From positions 10,106,001 to 10,170,000 of the forward strand of contig NC_043004.1 in assembly GCF_006345805.1 (NCBI RefSeq): a DNA stretch of 64,000 nt, written 5' to 3'. Made by a program: the position numbers and the translations under genes. The notes beneath the pieces were generated by a model. It was given only the letters and a program-made list of their open reading frames with translations, searched no databases and was not told where the DNA came from. The DNA comes from Octopus sinensis (Eukaryota). Numbering within the stretch: position 1 is the stretch's first letter; every line of letters begins with the position of its first letter. Shown here piece after piece: positions 10,745-22,947 of this stretch.

Positions 10745-12450
10745 GATATAGAGGTAGAACATTCGTTCAGCCTCAAGTTCGGCCCCATTGGAGGAATTCC
10801 AACCACGTTTCGTGGTTCACTTCCTCAACAGCTCCTTTATAGGATCCAGTGGCTAAAGACATCATCAGGAGGAACCACGTCCGATTTCGGACCCTACTCC
10901 GCTACAGTCGTCGACGTGGAGCCCCCACCAACGTAAAGTACGATTACTTATTACTTTTCTCAGTTCTGTGATCTAAAATGCAAACCTTCTAAATAATGTC
11001 GTCATTTTTCTTTCAATGAAGCCTCTAGCCCTCACTGCCAGGTGGTAATATTCGAAGGTCCATCCCTGTTCTCGTAGTCTTCGATTAATCTCTCATACCT
11101 GTTCTCCTTCCGTTGCTCTGCATTAGCGATGTTTTCTTCCCATGGCACAATCAGCTCTAGCAAAATTCCAATTTTCCGTTCTGTATTCCATAAGATTAAG
11201 TCCGGTCTTTTTGTTGTTTTTATGAGTGGAAATATTAACAGTCTGTCCAAATCTGCAGCCAGCTCCCAGTATCCCTCCATCTTTCATCTGTCTCGTATAC
11301 CTTATTTGAAGGCCTGTCCTTATGTCTTCTTCCCTCCTTCTGGAGTATATCCTTCCGCGCTTTTCCACTTTTGGGTACTCTCCCCTATTATATCCCTCGA
11401 TCTTCTCCTTGAGTGTTGCGCTTATGACACCGAGGACTTGATTGTGACGCCCTGTATATCTGTCTAGTGCTAGCTTGCAGTTTGACAGAACATGTCTCAC
11501 CGCCGCTTTCTCTCCGCATCTACATCATTCAGTTGTTTGTATGTTCCATCGGACTAAATTGGCCGGTGAAGGTAAAACGTCGAAGCTAGACTTGACCAGA
11601 AAGGATGTTCTTGTTTGTTCCCAAGCCCAAAGTTCCTTCCATGAGATTCTGTGACTGACTACATATTTCTCCCATATCAGGCACTGTCCCCGTTGACTAC
11701 ATTGCACGAAATGTACATTTCGCCTTTCTTCTTCCTCCTTTCTGAATTCATCTCTTTTACACTGCTCATGCAAAACGGCTTGAAATTATGCAACCCTAGA
11801 CCGGCTCTTGCTTCTTGCGTCGCTCCAACTATATCGTCATGCCTTAGCTTTCCGATCGCCCCGTTTACTGCCTCTTCCGTTTTCCATTTCCTCCCTGTTC
11901 GTACCTTTTGAGGGTATTCTAGGATGGTCTGATCTTTCGAATACCTTAGCATCATTACTATCCTTGCTTTTCCTGCTTTATATTCTTTAGCGATTTATGT
12001 TATGGGTAGTTACAGCACAGGTTTTCCATATAGTGCAGATGTATTCAGTGGTTTTGGAAGACCAAGCCATTTTCTGATAAACACACTGTATTTTTGTTCC
12101 ATCCTTTCTACTCTACTTGAGGCTATTTCATATATTTACGATGGCCACATTATCATCGAGTACAGTCCAAATTGCAGTATCCAACATTTGAATTTCCCTG
12201 GTAATGTTGTTCTGTCAATTGCCTTTAGCCCCTGTTCCACTAGATCGTGTATTTCTTTGCTTTGCTTCTTATCGTTTAATAAATCTCGGTACCATCTGTC
12301 GAAACTCTTTACTGGTTGTTGTTTCATTGTTGGTATATCTTCACCTCTTATCTTGAACTTCAACTTCGTTTTGGACTCCATTCACAAAAGCCACGCTCCC
12401 GAGATTGCGTGATTGCGAAGCGAAGCGAATTTCTTAAGCATTCAGACGGA
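10745..12450 (-). mobile_element. RLE-type non-LTR retrotransposon, HERO-like, 5'-truncated and decayed
   Basis: IDRTTLPGKFKCWILQFG, KVRTGRKWKTEEAV...RHDDIVGATQEARAGLG, zinc knuckle CRCG..RHVLSNC..RYTGRHNQVL, and RLE motif KRPDLILWN..ILLELIVPWEENI..EQRKENRY. The ELxVPWE and VRTGRKW motifs are typical of HERO-clade elements. Confidence 0.8.
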
Positions 12451-12727
12451 TCACTTTCTTTATATCTCTCTCTCCCCCTTCCTCTCTCTCTATCTGATTG
12501 TCTGTCAGTCTGACTGTCTGTCCGCCCGTCTGTCTGACTGCCTGTCGATCCGTCTGTCCGTCTGTCTGTTTGCCTGTCCATTTTCTCTCTCTATACATGC
12601 ATACATGCATACATACATATTTTACTCTTTTTCTCGTCTCAGCCACGCGGCTGTGGTCATTGTGGAGCACACACGCACATCACATACATATATAAATACA
12701 CACACACACCTCACACACACACACACG

Positions 12728-12783
<56 letters not shown>

Positions 12784-13604
12784 TGATGGCTAAGTCGCAC
12801 ACTTGTACCAATAGCACTTAAGACGTATACTATTGACAAGTACTCGGATGATAGTGCAGCTAAACAAATATGAAATCTTTGTAAAGTTGTGTGTAGTAGA
12901 TAGATTTTATATAATCGGCTTCAAATCGGCTTATATTTTTTGTGGAAGGATTTAGACAAATAATTTAACTTTTGTTTCAAAGTATTTCTTTTCTTGTCTT
13001 TATAATCTGTCTTTATTTTTTGTATGCTTTTTAATCTTTATCTTAAACTTTAACTTTCATATTTATACAAGTACAATATAAACCAGTAAATAAATTGTTT
13101 ACTGATGTTTACAGACATTTACAGAATTACAGATGCGCATACACCAGCTCTAACGAAACGATAAATGTTACAACAATAATCAACAAGGTATCTTTGGAAA
13201 ATAACAAATATGAAGACTGTTCCTGCAGAAATACGTATAGTAAAATACAAACGCTGTTGATATATGGTAAAACTTTGTACGATGACATATGATCAATGCT
13301 AGTTAGAAGTTCCAAGTGCTGGCGGCGATGGTGGTGAAGGATATCGTCTTAAATCTTCGAAATCTAGTAACCTTTTATTGGTGAAGTTCGTCCTGTCTAT
13401 GTGGTGGTTAACTTCTGAATTCCGATGATGAAGATACAAGTTTTCGATAAATCAACCGAATTACTTGCTCCTGAATTAAGGTGTAAGTGGCTGAGTATTC
13501 CACAGATACGTGTACCCTTAACGTAATTTTGAAATGTCCAAAAAGTTACTGAAACCGTAAGAGAATACAAGAACAGAGGGAAGGACAAAAGAACAAGCAG
13601 ATAG

Positions 13605-13835
13605 AAAGAAATAGAATTACATGGCCGATGTAATTCCATTTCTTCCAAGAAACCGAGGATTTTAGAAATAAAGAACGCTGGTTTTGGCGACGGTCGAGCA
13701 CCTCAGATGAGAAACCAAATTGCTAATTATATCCTCTTAGGAACAAGTCATTAGGACAAATTTGATACAGGCAAGATTGATAAAACTCAGCCAGACAGCA
13801 AATACAAAATCTGTAGGAAAGAGACGAGAGTAAAT
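13605..13835 (+). mobile_element. Highly decayed R4/Dong-type LINE fragment
   Basis: IELHG...ETKLLIISS*EQVIRTN...GKIDKTQPDSKYKICRKET resembles the LHG..ETE..LIAAQDQAIRTN..KIDK..CRLC block of R4-clade ORFs. Confidence 0.55.
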
Positions 13836-14377
13836 TATTTCTTTATTTCAAATAACGTACACACTTGATTCGATTGACCTAAATATTTGACTGGTATTCG
13901 TTTTATCAAATTCCAGAGGAATGAACTGTAAAGTCGACCTCTCCAATGATTGAACTAAGAAGAGAAATGAAGTGATTAAATACCACCGAACATTTTCATC
14001 AAGAGTGTTACTAATTCTGCCCCATCGTTCGCTTGTATCATAACGAGTATACGCTGCCTTACATTATTAAAATAGTGTAAAGAGGCATTTTCTGGACACT
14101 ATTACTCGAGATAGAGTTAAATCGAAAGGATAAGAAATTAGATGGAAATACAAAGCCATGATCTGCAGCTTAGATAAGAAGAATTAGAATTTAACTGAAA
14201 AGAAAGCATTAAATAAGAAAACCCAGAAAACTATCAACAACATTTTGAACCCAATAAATACAGATGACATAAATAATACACACAAACACACGCGCGTACG
14301 CACAAGCACACACACATGCACATATGCCGAGGAAGATTTGTTTTATACGAGTGCATATAAGGATATATAAGATAGCC

Positions 14378-14700
14378 AAAGGTGGCAAGCTGGCTGAATA
14401 GTTAGAACACTAAACAAAATGCTTAGCGGCATTTTTTCCGACTAGTTCCCTCTCCTCACAAATTTTCTGGCCTTAAGCCTATAATAGAAAGAATTATAAC
14501 GTGACCAAAGTGGGTAAGCTTACGGAATAGTCAACATACAGGGAAAAATGCTTAGTGGCATTTCTTCCGTTTTACTTTCTGAGTTCAAATGTTGCCGAGG
14601 TTGACTTTACTTTTCACACTTTCGGGGTTGATAAAATAAGTATCAGTTGAGTGCTGGGGGTCAGTGTAATAGCCTTACTCCCTCCCACTAAAATAACTGA
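14378..14700 (+). mobile_element. Two decayed SINE family A copies
   Basis: GGTGGCAAGCTGGCTGAATAGTTAG and GAGTTCAAATGTTGCCGAGGTTGACTTTAC...TTTCGGGGTTGATAAAATAAG. Confidence 0.7.
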
Positions 14701-15020
14701 CTTTGTGACAATCACACCGGTTCTACATCTTTACTCAGAGGAGAACAAAGCCAGACTGGTTAGTATAATTTGGGGTATATATATATATAGCAAAATATAA
14801 GTCAGAGGCTATGCAACTATCAAAGGGATAGATGTATCCGTAGGCACTCCTGGTGTATTACTTTACTATGTATAGTCCTATCTATAAGGTGTACAGTAGT
14901 AGGTAATTTAAAAGTAAAACCGTGGTTTAATATATATAGAAAAGAAAAGTAAAGGAGCAATAATTAACAATGAGATGTTGATCGTTGGTATTACAAAGTC
15001 ATTATTTAATTGTAGTTCGG

Positions 15021-15105
15021 AACCATTTACAGTTGTTTCTGTTTGTCAAACCGGAGTAAATTTACATTTAACTCGTTACATTTAACAAACATCTTCAGAA
15101 TGATT
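15021..15105 (-). ncRNA. Minimal type I hammerhead ribozyme
   Basis: Minus strand AAUCAUU-CUGAAGA-UGUUUGUUAA...UUGACAAACA-GAAAC-AACU-GUA-AAUGGUU. Stem I is 7 bp, stem II is 10 bp, and the GUA triplet is present. Confidence 0.8.
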
Positions 15106-15295
15106 TTAGAGGGCAATGAAATGGAAAAGAAAAAGAAACCGGGAAGAAAGTTCGTTAAGTTTTTAGGCTTACGTTTTAGCGACTTGTTGGGTTCTACGTG
15201 TTTGTAGTTTCCTCCATTAGAGGCATGGGGCAGTAAGTGAGGACAATGGTTATATATGTATGTATGCACACACACACACACACACACACACACAC

Positions 15296-15328
<33 letters not shown>

Positions 15329-15344
15329 GTATATATATTCTTTT

Positions 15345-15725
15345 ATTCTTTTATTCATTTACTTGTTTCAGTCATTTTACTGCGGCCATGCAGGAGCACC
15401 GCATTTAGTCGAAGAAATCGACCCCAGGACGTATTCTTTGTAAGCCTAGTACTTATTATATCTGTCTCCATTGCCGAACCGCTACGTTACGGGGACGTAA
15501 ACATTAGTTGTCTAGCGATGGTGGTGATGGGGACAAACATAGACACACAAACACACACACACATACACACAAATGCACACTCACAAACACACGCACACGC
15601 ACACATATATACACATATACACGACGGGCTTCTTTCAGATTCCGTCTACCAAATCCACTTTGGTCAGCCCAAGGCTATAGTAGAAGACACTTGCCCAAGA
15701 TGCCACGCGGTGGGACTGAACTCCT
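15345..15725 (-). mobile_element. SINE family B, head-truncated
   Basis: Reverse-complement family B with internal (CA)n. Confidence 0.8.
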
Positions 15726-15729
15726 GCGC

Positions 15730-15790
<61 letters not shown>

Positions 15791-17434
15791 TATGCATATA
15801 TGGGTACAGGACGTCAAAAAACGTGAAGAAAATGAGAAACGAGAACATTAAAAATAAAAACATGGAAAACGAACATTTTTTTCGAAAAACGAAAGAAAGA
15901 AATAGAGAAACGAGACAGGCAACTTAAAGAACATTCCTTTCATCAGTTGTCCCCTCATTTATATACTCCGCGTTTCGAGTATATATAAATTCTTTGTATA
16001 TTAAGGTGGTACCCCAGCATGGCCGCAGTCTAATGACAAAACAAGTAAACGGTAAAATATTTAGAAACGATTATATATAAAACAGAATCTAAGTATATTA
16101 AAGAAAAACATCTTCACGCAAACGTAAAAGACAAGATAAGTTCAACGGACAAAATCTAAGGAAATTCGTAATATACAGAGAAAAAAAAAACGGAGTGAGT
16201 GAGAAAATCTTTATGGTAAGTATCCAGCAAAAAAAAAAAAATGTATAGAAAGTGAAGCAATAGGAGAATAAACAATAATACACAAGTTACTAATAGATCT
16301 AAAACGAAGGATTGAAATTGGCACAAGATCAATGCCTGACCACAGAAATGAAGTACAGTAGCAAGACGTTAATGAATATTCCATGATGTGTTATTCACGT
16401 CCGGTAAAGAAAAAAGAAATTGAAACAAGGTTGTACACTGAGTGTAAAGATGAAATTTATTCTCAATTACATTTATCAGGCACTATGCCGACAACTCTTC
16501 CAGAAGCAAAACGTAAAAATAAGTAAATATGTATTATATATATACATCAAAATCAGTTTATATTTTTGATATTTTATCTTTCAACTTTATCTTATACTAG
16601 TTTCAGTGATTGGACTGCGGCCTTGCTGGGGCACAGCCTTGAAGGGTTTAGACTAATGTTTTTCAACCATTCTTTAAATCTATGAACCCATTTGATTACT
16701 ATTCTGTTCTGATGGGCCCCCATACCCATTTCATGTTCAAAAACTTGTTTTGTAAATACTGCTTTCAAAATTCCTTTTTTTGTTTATCACACATTCACTT
16801 GTGTTGTTTGAACTATCTAAAACGTGAGAGGAAAAAAAAACTGAGCTGTTTCTTGCGCTAAACTGATTTGAAGCAAAAATTTTTCACGAATCCTTAAAAT
16901 ACGATCATGGATTTCCGAACCCCACAAATCTTATATGCACCCTCAGGGGTGATATGGACCCCGGTTGAGAACGACGTGTTTAGATGAACAAATCTACCCC
17001 AGCATTTATGTTTTGGTCTTTTGCTGACAAACCGACAAATATTGATTTGTTGGTAAAAAGACCAACGAATAAACCAACTCCAGTTATCAGGCGGTGGAGG
17101 AAGACAACTGCCACACAAATATAGACATACATACATACATACATACATACATACATACATACATACATACATACATACAAACAAAAATGATGATGTTGAA
17201 ATTCCAGTGAAGGAGCCTTGGATTTAGGTTAGAAACCGGCTCTTTCTCTATTGGCAAGAAATCTTGAAATAAAACTGAATAATGACAATCATATACATAC
17301 AAGACGCACAAGACACACACGTATACATATATAAGATAGGCTTCTTTAAGGTTCCAGCTAGCAAATCCATTCACAAACCTTTGATCGGCTAGGTGTTATA
17401 GTAGAAGTCATTTGCATAAAGTAGCTCATTTACT

Positions 17435-17655
17435 TTTTTACTCTTTTACTTGTTTCAGCCATTTGACTGCGGCCATGTGGAGCACCGCCTTTAGTCGAGC
17501 AAATCGACCCCTGGACTTATTCTTTGTAAGCCTAGTACTTATTCTATCGGTCTTTTTTTGCCCAACCGGTAAGTTGCGGGGACATAAACACACCAGCATC
17601 GGTTGTCAAGCAATGTTGGCGGGACAAACACAGACACATAAACATATACACACAC

Positions 17656-17686
<31 letters not shown>

Positions 17687-17840
17687 CGACGGGCTTCTTT
17701 CAGTTTCCGTCAACCAAATCCACCCACAAGGCTTTGGTCGGCCCGAGGCTATATTAGAAGACACTTGCCCAAGGTGCCACGCAGTGGGACAGAACCCGGA
17801 ACCATGTGGTTGGTAAGCAAGCTACTTACCATACAGTCAC
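17435..17840 (-). mobile_element. SINE family B
   Basis: Near-complete reverse-complement copy. Confidence 0.85.
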
Positions 17841-17850
17841 TCCTTCGCCT

Positions 17851-18000
17851 ATTGCATAAAGTGGCACATTTGCATAAAGTAGTGCATTTGCATAAAGTGG
17901 CATAAAATGTTATAGTGGAAGACATTTGCATAAAGTAGTGCATTTGCATAAAGTGGCATAAAATGTTATAGTGGAAGACATTTGAATAAAATGGCACAAG
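17851..18000. repeat. Minisatellite of ~18-bp CATTTGCATAAAGT(A/G)G subunits inside a ~56-bp duplication
   Basis: CATTTGCATAAAGTAGTGCATTTGCATAAAGTGGCATAAAATGTTATAGTGGAAGA occurs twice in tandem. Confidence 0.85.
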
Positions 18001-18529
18001 TGAACCCATGACAATATTGTTGGGAAGCAAGCTTCTTAACTACACAGTTACGCCTGAAATTGTAAAGTTACAAAATATACTGAAATCTGCTATTCAGGTT
18101 ATATAAAGAAATGATAGCATTCAAGAATTATATAGCATTCAAGATTATATAAAGAGATGATACTATTAGTAAAGAAAGATAAGAAAAATTGTGCAGTTTT
18201 ATAGACATATCAGTTGTCAAGATTTCGAGGAATCATCTTTGTGGTAACCTGAATTGCTAGAAATCATACCCTGACAGTTAGAAAAGAACTTATGGAATTA
18301 CGTTGCTCTAGATACTCTATGCCTAGAAATAATATGAAATAATCGCAACTGGAGTATTTTTAATCATAGGCCTTCTCAATAAGAGGCGATGACAACATAT
18401 GCAATGTCAACAACTTCAATTTGGTCTTTGCAGACAAAAATCTTCATCCCAAATAAAACAAAAAGGTATGGAAAAGGATTTAACAACAGAAATAGGTTAC
18501 AAGAAGTACAAATAATGCTTTCTACTATT

Positions 18530-18720
18530 GGCACAAGGTTCGAAATTTTGGGCGAGGAGGCCAGTCGATCAGATCGACCCCAGTACGTAACTGGTGCTTA
18601 ATTTATCGACCCTGAAAGGATGAAAGGCAAAGTCGACCTCGGCGGAATTTGAACTCACGACGTAAAGACAGACGAAATACTGTTAAGCATTTCGCCCGGC
18701 GTACTAACGATTCTGCCAAC
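18530..18720 (-). mobile_element. SINE family A
   Basis: TTTATCGACCCTGAAAGGATGAAAGGCAAAGTCGACCTCGGCGGAATTTGAACTC is the reverse complement of the family A core. Confidence 0.85.
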
Positions 18721-19145
18721 TTACAATAGGTACAAACAATATTACGAACATTTAGTATCTTGTGTGTGTATATATATATATTGAATCCGTTGATAACGAA
18801 CGGAAAGGAGGAATGCTCAACACAGGAAAGATGGATAATAAATTTTGTGATGGAGCTCAAATTAATGACCTAATACCAATAGTTTCATGCTGACAAATTA
18901 ATCTGACGGGAAATGATGAATGACTGTCGTGTTTCTTAATGAAAAATTGGTGACTAACTCGTCAGCATGATATCATTGGCTCTACATTATTAACTTAAAT
19001 TCCATTAAAGAATTTATTATCCCTGCTTCCGGTGTTGCGCATCCCTTCTTTCATTATATCACTAACACACACACACATACACACGCACACAACACATATG
19101 TACATACATACACATACACATACACACTCACACACATATGTACAT

Positions 19146-19182
<37 letters not shown>

Positions 19183-19399
19183 CAAGATATATATATATAT
19201 ATCATATATATCTATATTTATGTACATGTCTTTACATATGTATACACATATATGTATATATATGTAATATATATCGATATTTATATACATATGTATACAT
19301 ATGTATATATATATATATAATGTAATATATATATATGTGTGTATATATATATATATACATACACACACACACACACACACCACACACACACACACACAC

Positions 19400-19451
<52 letters not shown>

Positions 19452-19530
19452 GGGAATAAATCCAAACTACAGGGAAAAATTATATTTAGGATTAAATCCA
19501 ATTTTATAGTATAAATATATTATATTATAT

Positions 19531-20145
19531 TATATTAAATTAGAGATAAAACCACTATTAGGCAAATCAAACAGTGAAAACCATAAGCCAATACATAAGA
19601 TTAATTTAAAAATATAAGTTGAAAATTAAAAAATTATTTAAATAATTTAACTTATAAATTTTAAATATATATACATACAAATATATAGATATGTGTATGT
19701 AATTTTTTTATATTTATATATTATTTTATTTATTAATTAATTTATTTATCTATTTATTTAAATTTTTTAAAATATTTTTTAATTTTTATTATTATTATTA
19801 TTATTATTATTTTTTTTATAAATATCAAAAGTATTAAAAGTTTAATAAAAGATATCTTTTAATACTTTTGATATTTATAAAAAAAATAAAAATAATAATA
19901 ATAATAAAAAAATAATAATAAAAAAATAATTAAAAAATTTAGATAAATAAATTAATAAATAAAATATATAAATATAAAGTATAACATACATATATATATA
20001 TTTGTATATATATATTTAAAATTTATAAGTTTAAATTATTAAAATAATTTTTTAATTTTTAACTTTTATATTTTTAAGTTAATTTTGTATTGGCTTATGT
20101 TTTTCACTGTTTGATTTACCTAATAGTGGTTTTATCTCTAATTTA

Positions 20146-20150
<5 letters not shown>
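19531..20150. repeat. ~620-bp imperfect AT-rich palindrome (foldback)
   Basis: TATATTAAATTAGAGATAAAACCACTATTAGG... at 19531 is mirrored by ...CCTAATAGTGGTTTTATCTCTAATTTAATATA ending at 20150. The central spacer is 19841-19855. Confidence 0.9.
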
Positions 20151-20227
<77 letters not shown>

Positions 20228-20263
20228 ATTAGAAGGGTTGGAGATGTTGGAGATATGTACATG

Positions 20264-20356
20264 TATTATATATTAGAAGAAAGGAGGTACTCAGAAATCC
20301 GATGTAAAATAAACCATCCGGATTTCTGAGTACCTCATTTCTTCTAATATATAATA
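20264..20356. repeat. 38-bp-arm hairpin
   Basis: Arms 20264-20301 and 20319-20356 are reverse complements with one mismatch; spacer 17 nt. Confidence 0.9.
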
Positions 20357-20663
20357 TATATATATATATATATAATAACTTCAACAATTGAGGGTAAAAT
20401 TAATTAATTAATTAATCAATTTCACCAAGTATTCAGTATGCAAAGGGACCATTTAAGGCGAAATCAATTATTACATTTATAAAAGGGCTTAGTAAAATAA
20501 ATTACTTTGCCGCCTACTGAACTCGTTAGAAATAGCAGCTAAAAAAACTTTTTATAAAACTATTTCCAACACTTAAAGAAAACTCTCTCATATAGTGTTT
20601 GCTCAATTCAACTCAAGGAAGTATGGGGTTAGAGACATTAAAAAATCAAATGCAAAGGTTATT

Positions 20664-20715
20664 TGAGTACGTACGTTTCAAGATTAGTCAAAATCGACCT
20701 TCTCTCATCAGCTCA
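20664..20715 (-). ncRNA. Minimal type I hammerhead ribozyme, array unit 1
   Basis: UGAG-CUGAUGA-GAGAaggucgauuuugacuaaUCUU-GAAAC-GUAC-GUA/CUCA; predicted cut between 20668 and 20667. Confidence 0.8.
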
Positions 20716-21220
20716 GAATGCCCTTGTTTGAATTTGAAAACACTGAAAATGGGAGCATACCCTTTCGGCTTGTTATCGCTTCTGAAGATCTGCTCCAAAC
20801 TAACAGTGCCAACAACTCAAATATGCAAGCGAAGAATTTCTGCTCTCCCCTTTCCACCAGCGTGGGTTAAAATCAGCAAACACTATGCTTTTTTCGGTAA
20901 AATCCGAGACATTAAGTAGAGAGATGAATTATAATTTCAACAATTGAGGGTAAAATTAATTAATTAATTAATAATTTCACCAAGTATTCAGTATGCAAAG
21001 GGACCATTTAAGGCGAATTCAAATTATTACATTATATAAAAGGGCTTAGTAAAATAAATTACTTGCCGCATACTGAACTCGTTAGAAATAGCAGCTAAAA
21101 AAACTTTTTATAAAACTATTTCCAACACTTAAAAAAAACCTCTCTCATATAGTGTTTGCTCAATTCAACTCAAGGAAGTATGGGGGTAGAGACATTAAAA
21201 AATCAAATGCAAAGGTTATT

Positions 21221-21273
21221 TGAGTACGTACGTTTCAAGATTAGTCAAAATCGACCCTTCTCTCATCAGCTCA
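21221..21273 (-). ncRNA. Minimal type I hammerhead ribozyme, array unit 2
   Basis: Same motif; core at 21263-21269; predicted cut between 21225 and 21224. Confidence 0.8.
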
Positions 21274-21778
21274 GAATGCCCTTGTTTGAATTTGAAAACA
21301 CTGAAAATGGAGCATACCCTTTCGCTTGTTATCGCTTCTGAAGATCTGCTCCAAACTAACAGTGCCAACAAACTCAAATATGCAAGCGAAGAATTTCTGC
21401 TCTCCCCTTCCACCAGCGTGGGTTAAAATCAGCAAACACTATGCTTTTTTCGGTAAAATCCGAGACATTAAGTAGAGAGAGATGAATTATAATTTCAACA
21501 ATTGAGGGTAAAATTAATTAATTAATTAATCAATTTCACCAAGTATTCAGTATGCAAAGGGACCATTTAAGCGAATTCAAATTATTACATTATATAAAAG
21601 GGCTTAGTAAAATAAATTACTTTGCCGCATACTGACTCGTTAGAAATAGCAGCTAAAAAAACTTTTTATAAAACTATTTCCAACACTTAAAGAAAACCTC
21701 TCTCATATAGTGTTTGCTCAATTCCACTCAAGGAAGTATGGGGGTAGAGACATTAAAAAATCAAATGCAAAGGTTATT

Positions 21779-21831
21779 TGAGTACGTACGTTTCAAGATT
21801 AGTCAAAATCGACCCTTCTCTCATCAGCTCA
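21779..21831 (-). ncRNA. Minimal type I hammerhead ribozyme, array unit 3
   Basis: Core at 21821-21827; predicted cut between 21783 and 21782. Confidence 0.8.
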
Positions 21832-22334
21832 GAATGCCCTTGTTTGAATTTGAAAACACTGAAAATGGAGCATACCCTTTCGGCTTGTTATCGCTTCTGA
21901 AGATCTGCTCCAAACTAACAGTGCCAACAAACTCAAATATGCAAGCGAAGAATTTCTGCTCTCCCCTTTCCACCAGCGTGGTTAAAATCAGCAAACACTA
22001 TGCTTTTTTCGGTAAAATCCGAGACATTAAGTAGAGAGAGATGAATTATAATTTCAACAATTGAGGTAAAATTAATTAATTAATTAATCAATTTCACCAA
22101 GTATTCAGTATGCAAAGGGACCATTTAAGGCGAATTCAAATTATTACATTATATAAAAGGGCTTAGTAAAATAAATTACTTTGCCGCATACTGAACTCGT
22201 TAGAAATAGCAGTAAAAACTTTTTATAAAACTATTTCCCACACTTAAAGAAAACCTCTCTCATATAGTGTTTGCTCAATTCAACTCAAGGAAGTATGGGG
22301 GTAGAGACATTAAAAAATCAAATGCAAGGTTATT

Positions 22335-22389
22335 TGAGTACGTACGTTTCAAGATTAGTCAAAATCGACCCTTCTCTCTCATCAGCTCA
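22335..22389 (-). ncRNA. Minimal type I hammerhead ribozyme, array unit 4
   Basis: Core at 22379-22385 with 2 extra nt in stem II; predicted cut between 22339 and 22338. Confidence 0.75.
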
Positions 22390-22894
22390 GAATGCCCTTG
22401 TTTGAATTTGAAAACACTGAAAATGGGAGCATACCCTTTCGGCTTGTTATCGCTTCTGAAGATCTGCTCCAAACTAACAGTGCCAACAAACTCAAATATG
22501 CAAGCGAAGAATTTCTGCTCTCCCCTTTCCACCAGCGTGGGTTAAAATCAGCAAACACTATGCTTTTTTCGGTAAAATCCGAGACATTAAGTAGAGAGAT
22601 GAATTATAATTTCAACAATTGAGGGTAAAATTAATTAATTAATTAATCAATTTCACCAAGTATTCAGTATGCAAAGGGACCATTTAAGGCGAATTCAAAT
22701 TATTACATTATATAAAAGGCTTAGTAAAATAAATTACTTTGCCGCATACTGAACTCGTTAGAAATAGCAGCTAAAAAAACTTTTTATAAAACTATTTCCA
22801 ACACTTAAAGAAAACCTCTCTCATATAGTGTTTGCTCATTCAACTCAAGAAGTATGGGGGTAGAGACATTAAAAAATCAAATGCAAAGGTTATT

Positions 22895-22947
22895 TGAGTA
22901 CGTACGTTTCAAGATTAGTCAAAATCGACCCTTCTCTCATCAGCTCA
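22895..22947 (-). ncRNA. Minimal type I hammerhead ribozyme, array unit 5
   Basis: Core at 22937-22943; predicted cut between 22899 and 22898. Confidence 0.8.

Noticed and set aside
10790-10900. CUGAUGA and GAAA motifs in the HERO-like 3' UTR (minus strand)
   Set aside because: The spacing cannot accommodate helices I and III; no consistent hammerhead fold.
15900-15990. CUGAUGA and GAAAC on the minus strand around a hairpin
   Set aside because: The motifs are in an order and spacing that give no stem I; at best a rearranged pLTR remnant.
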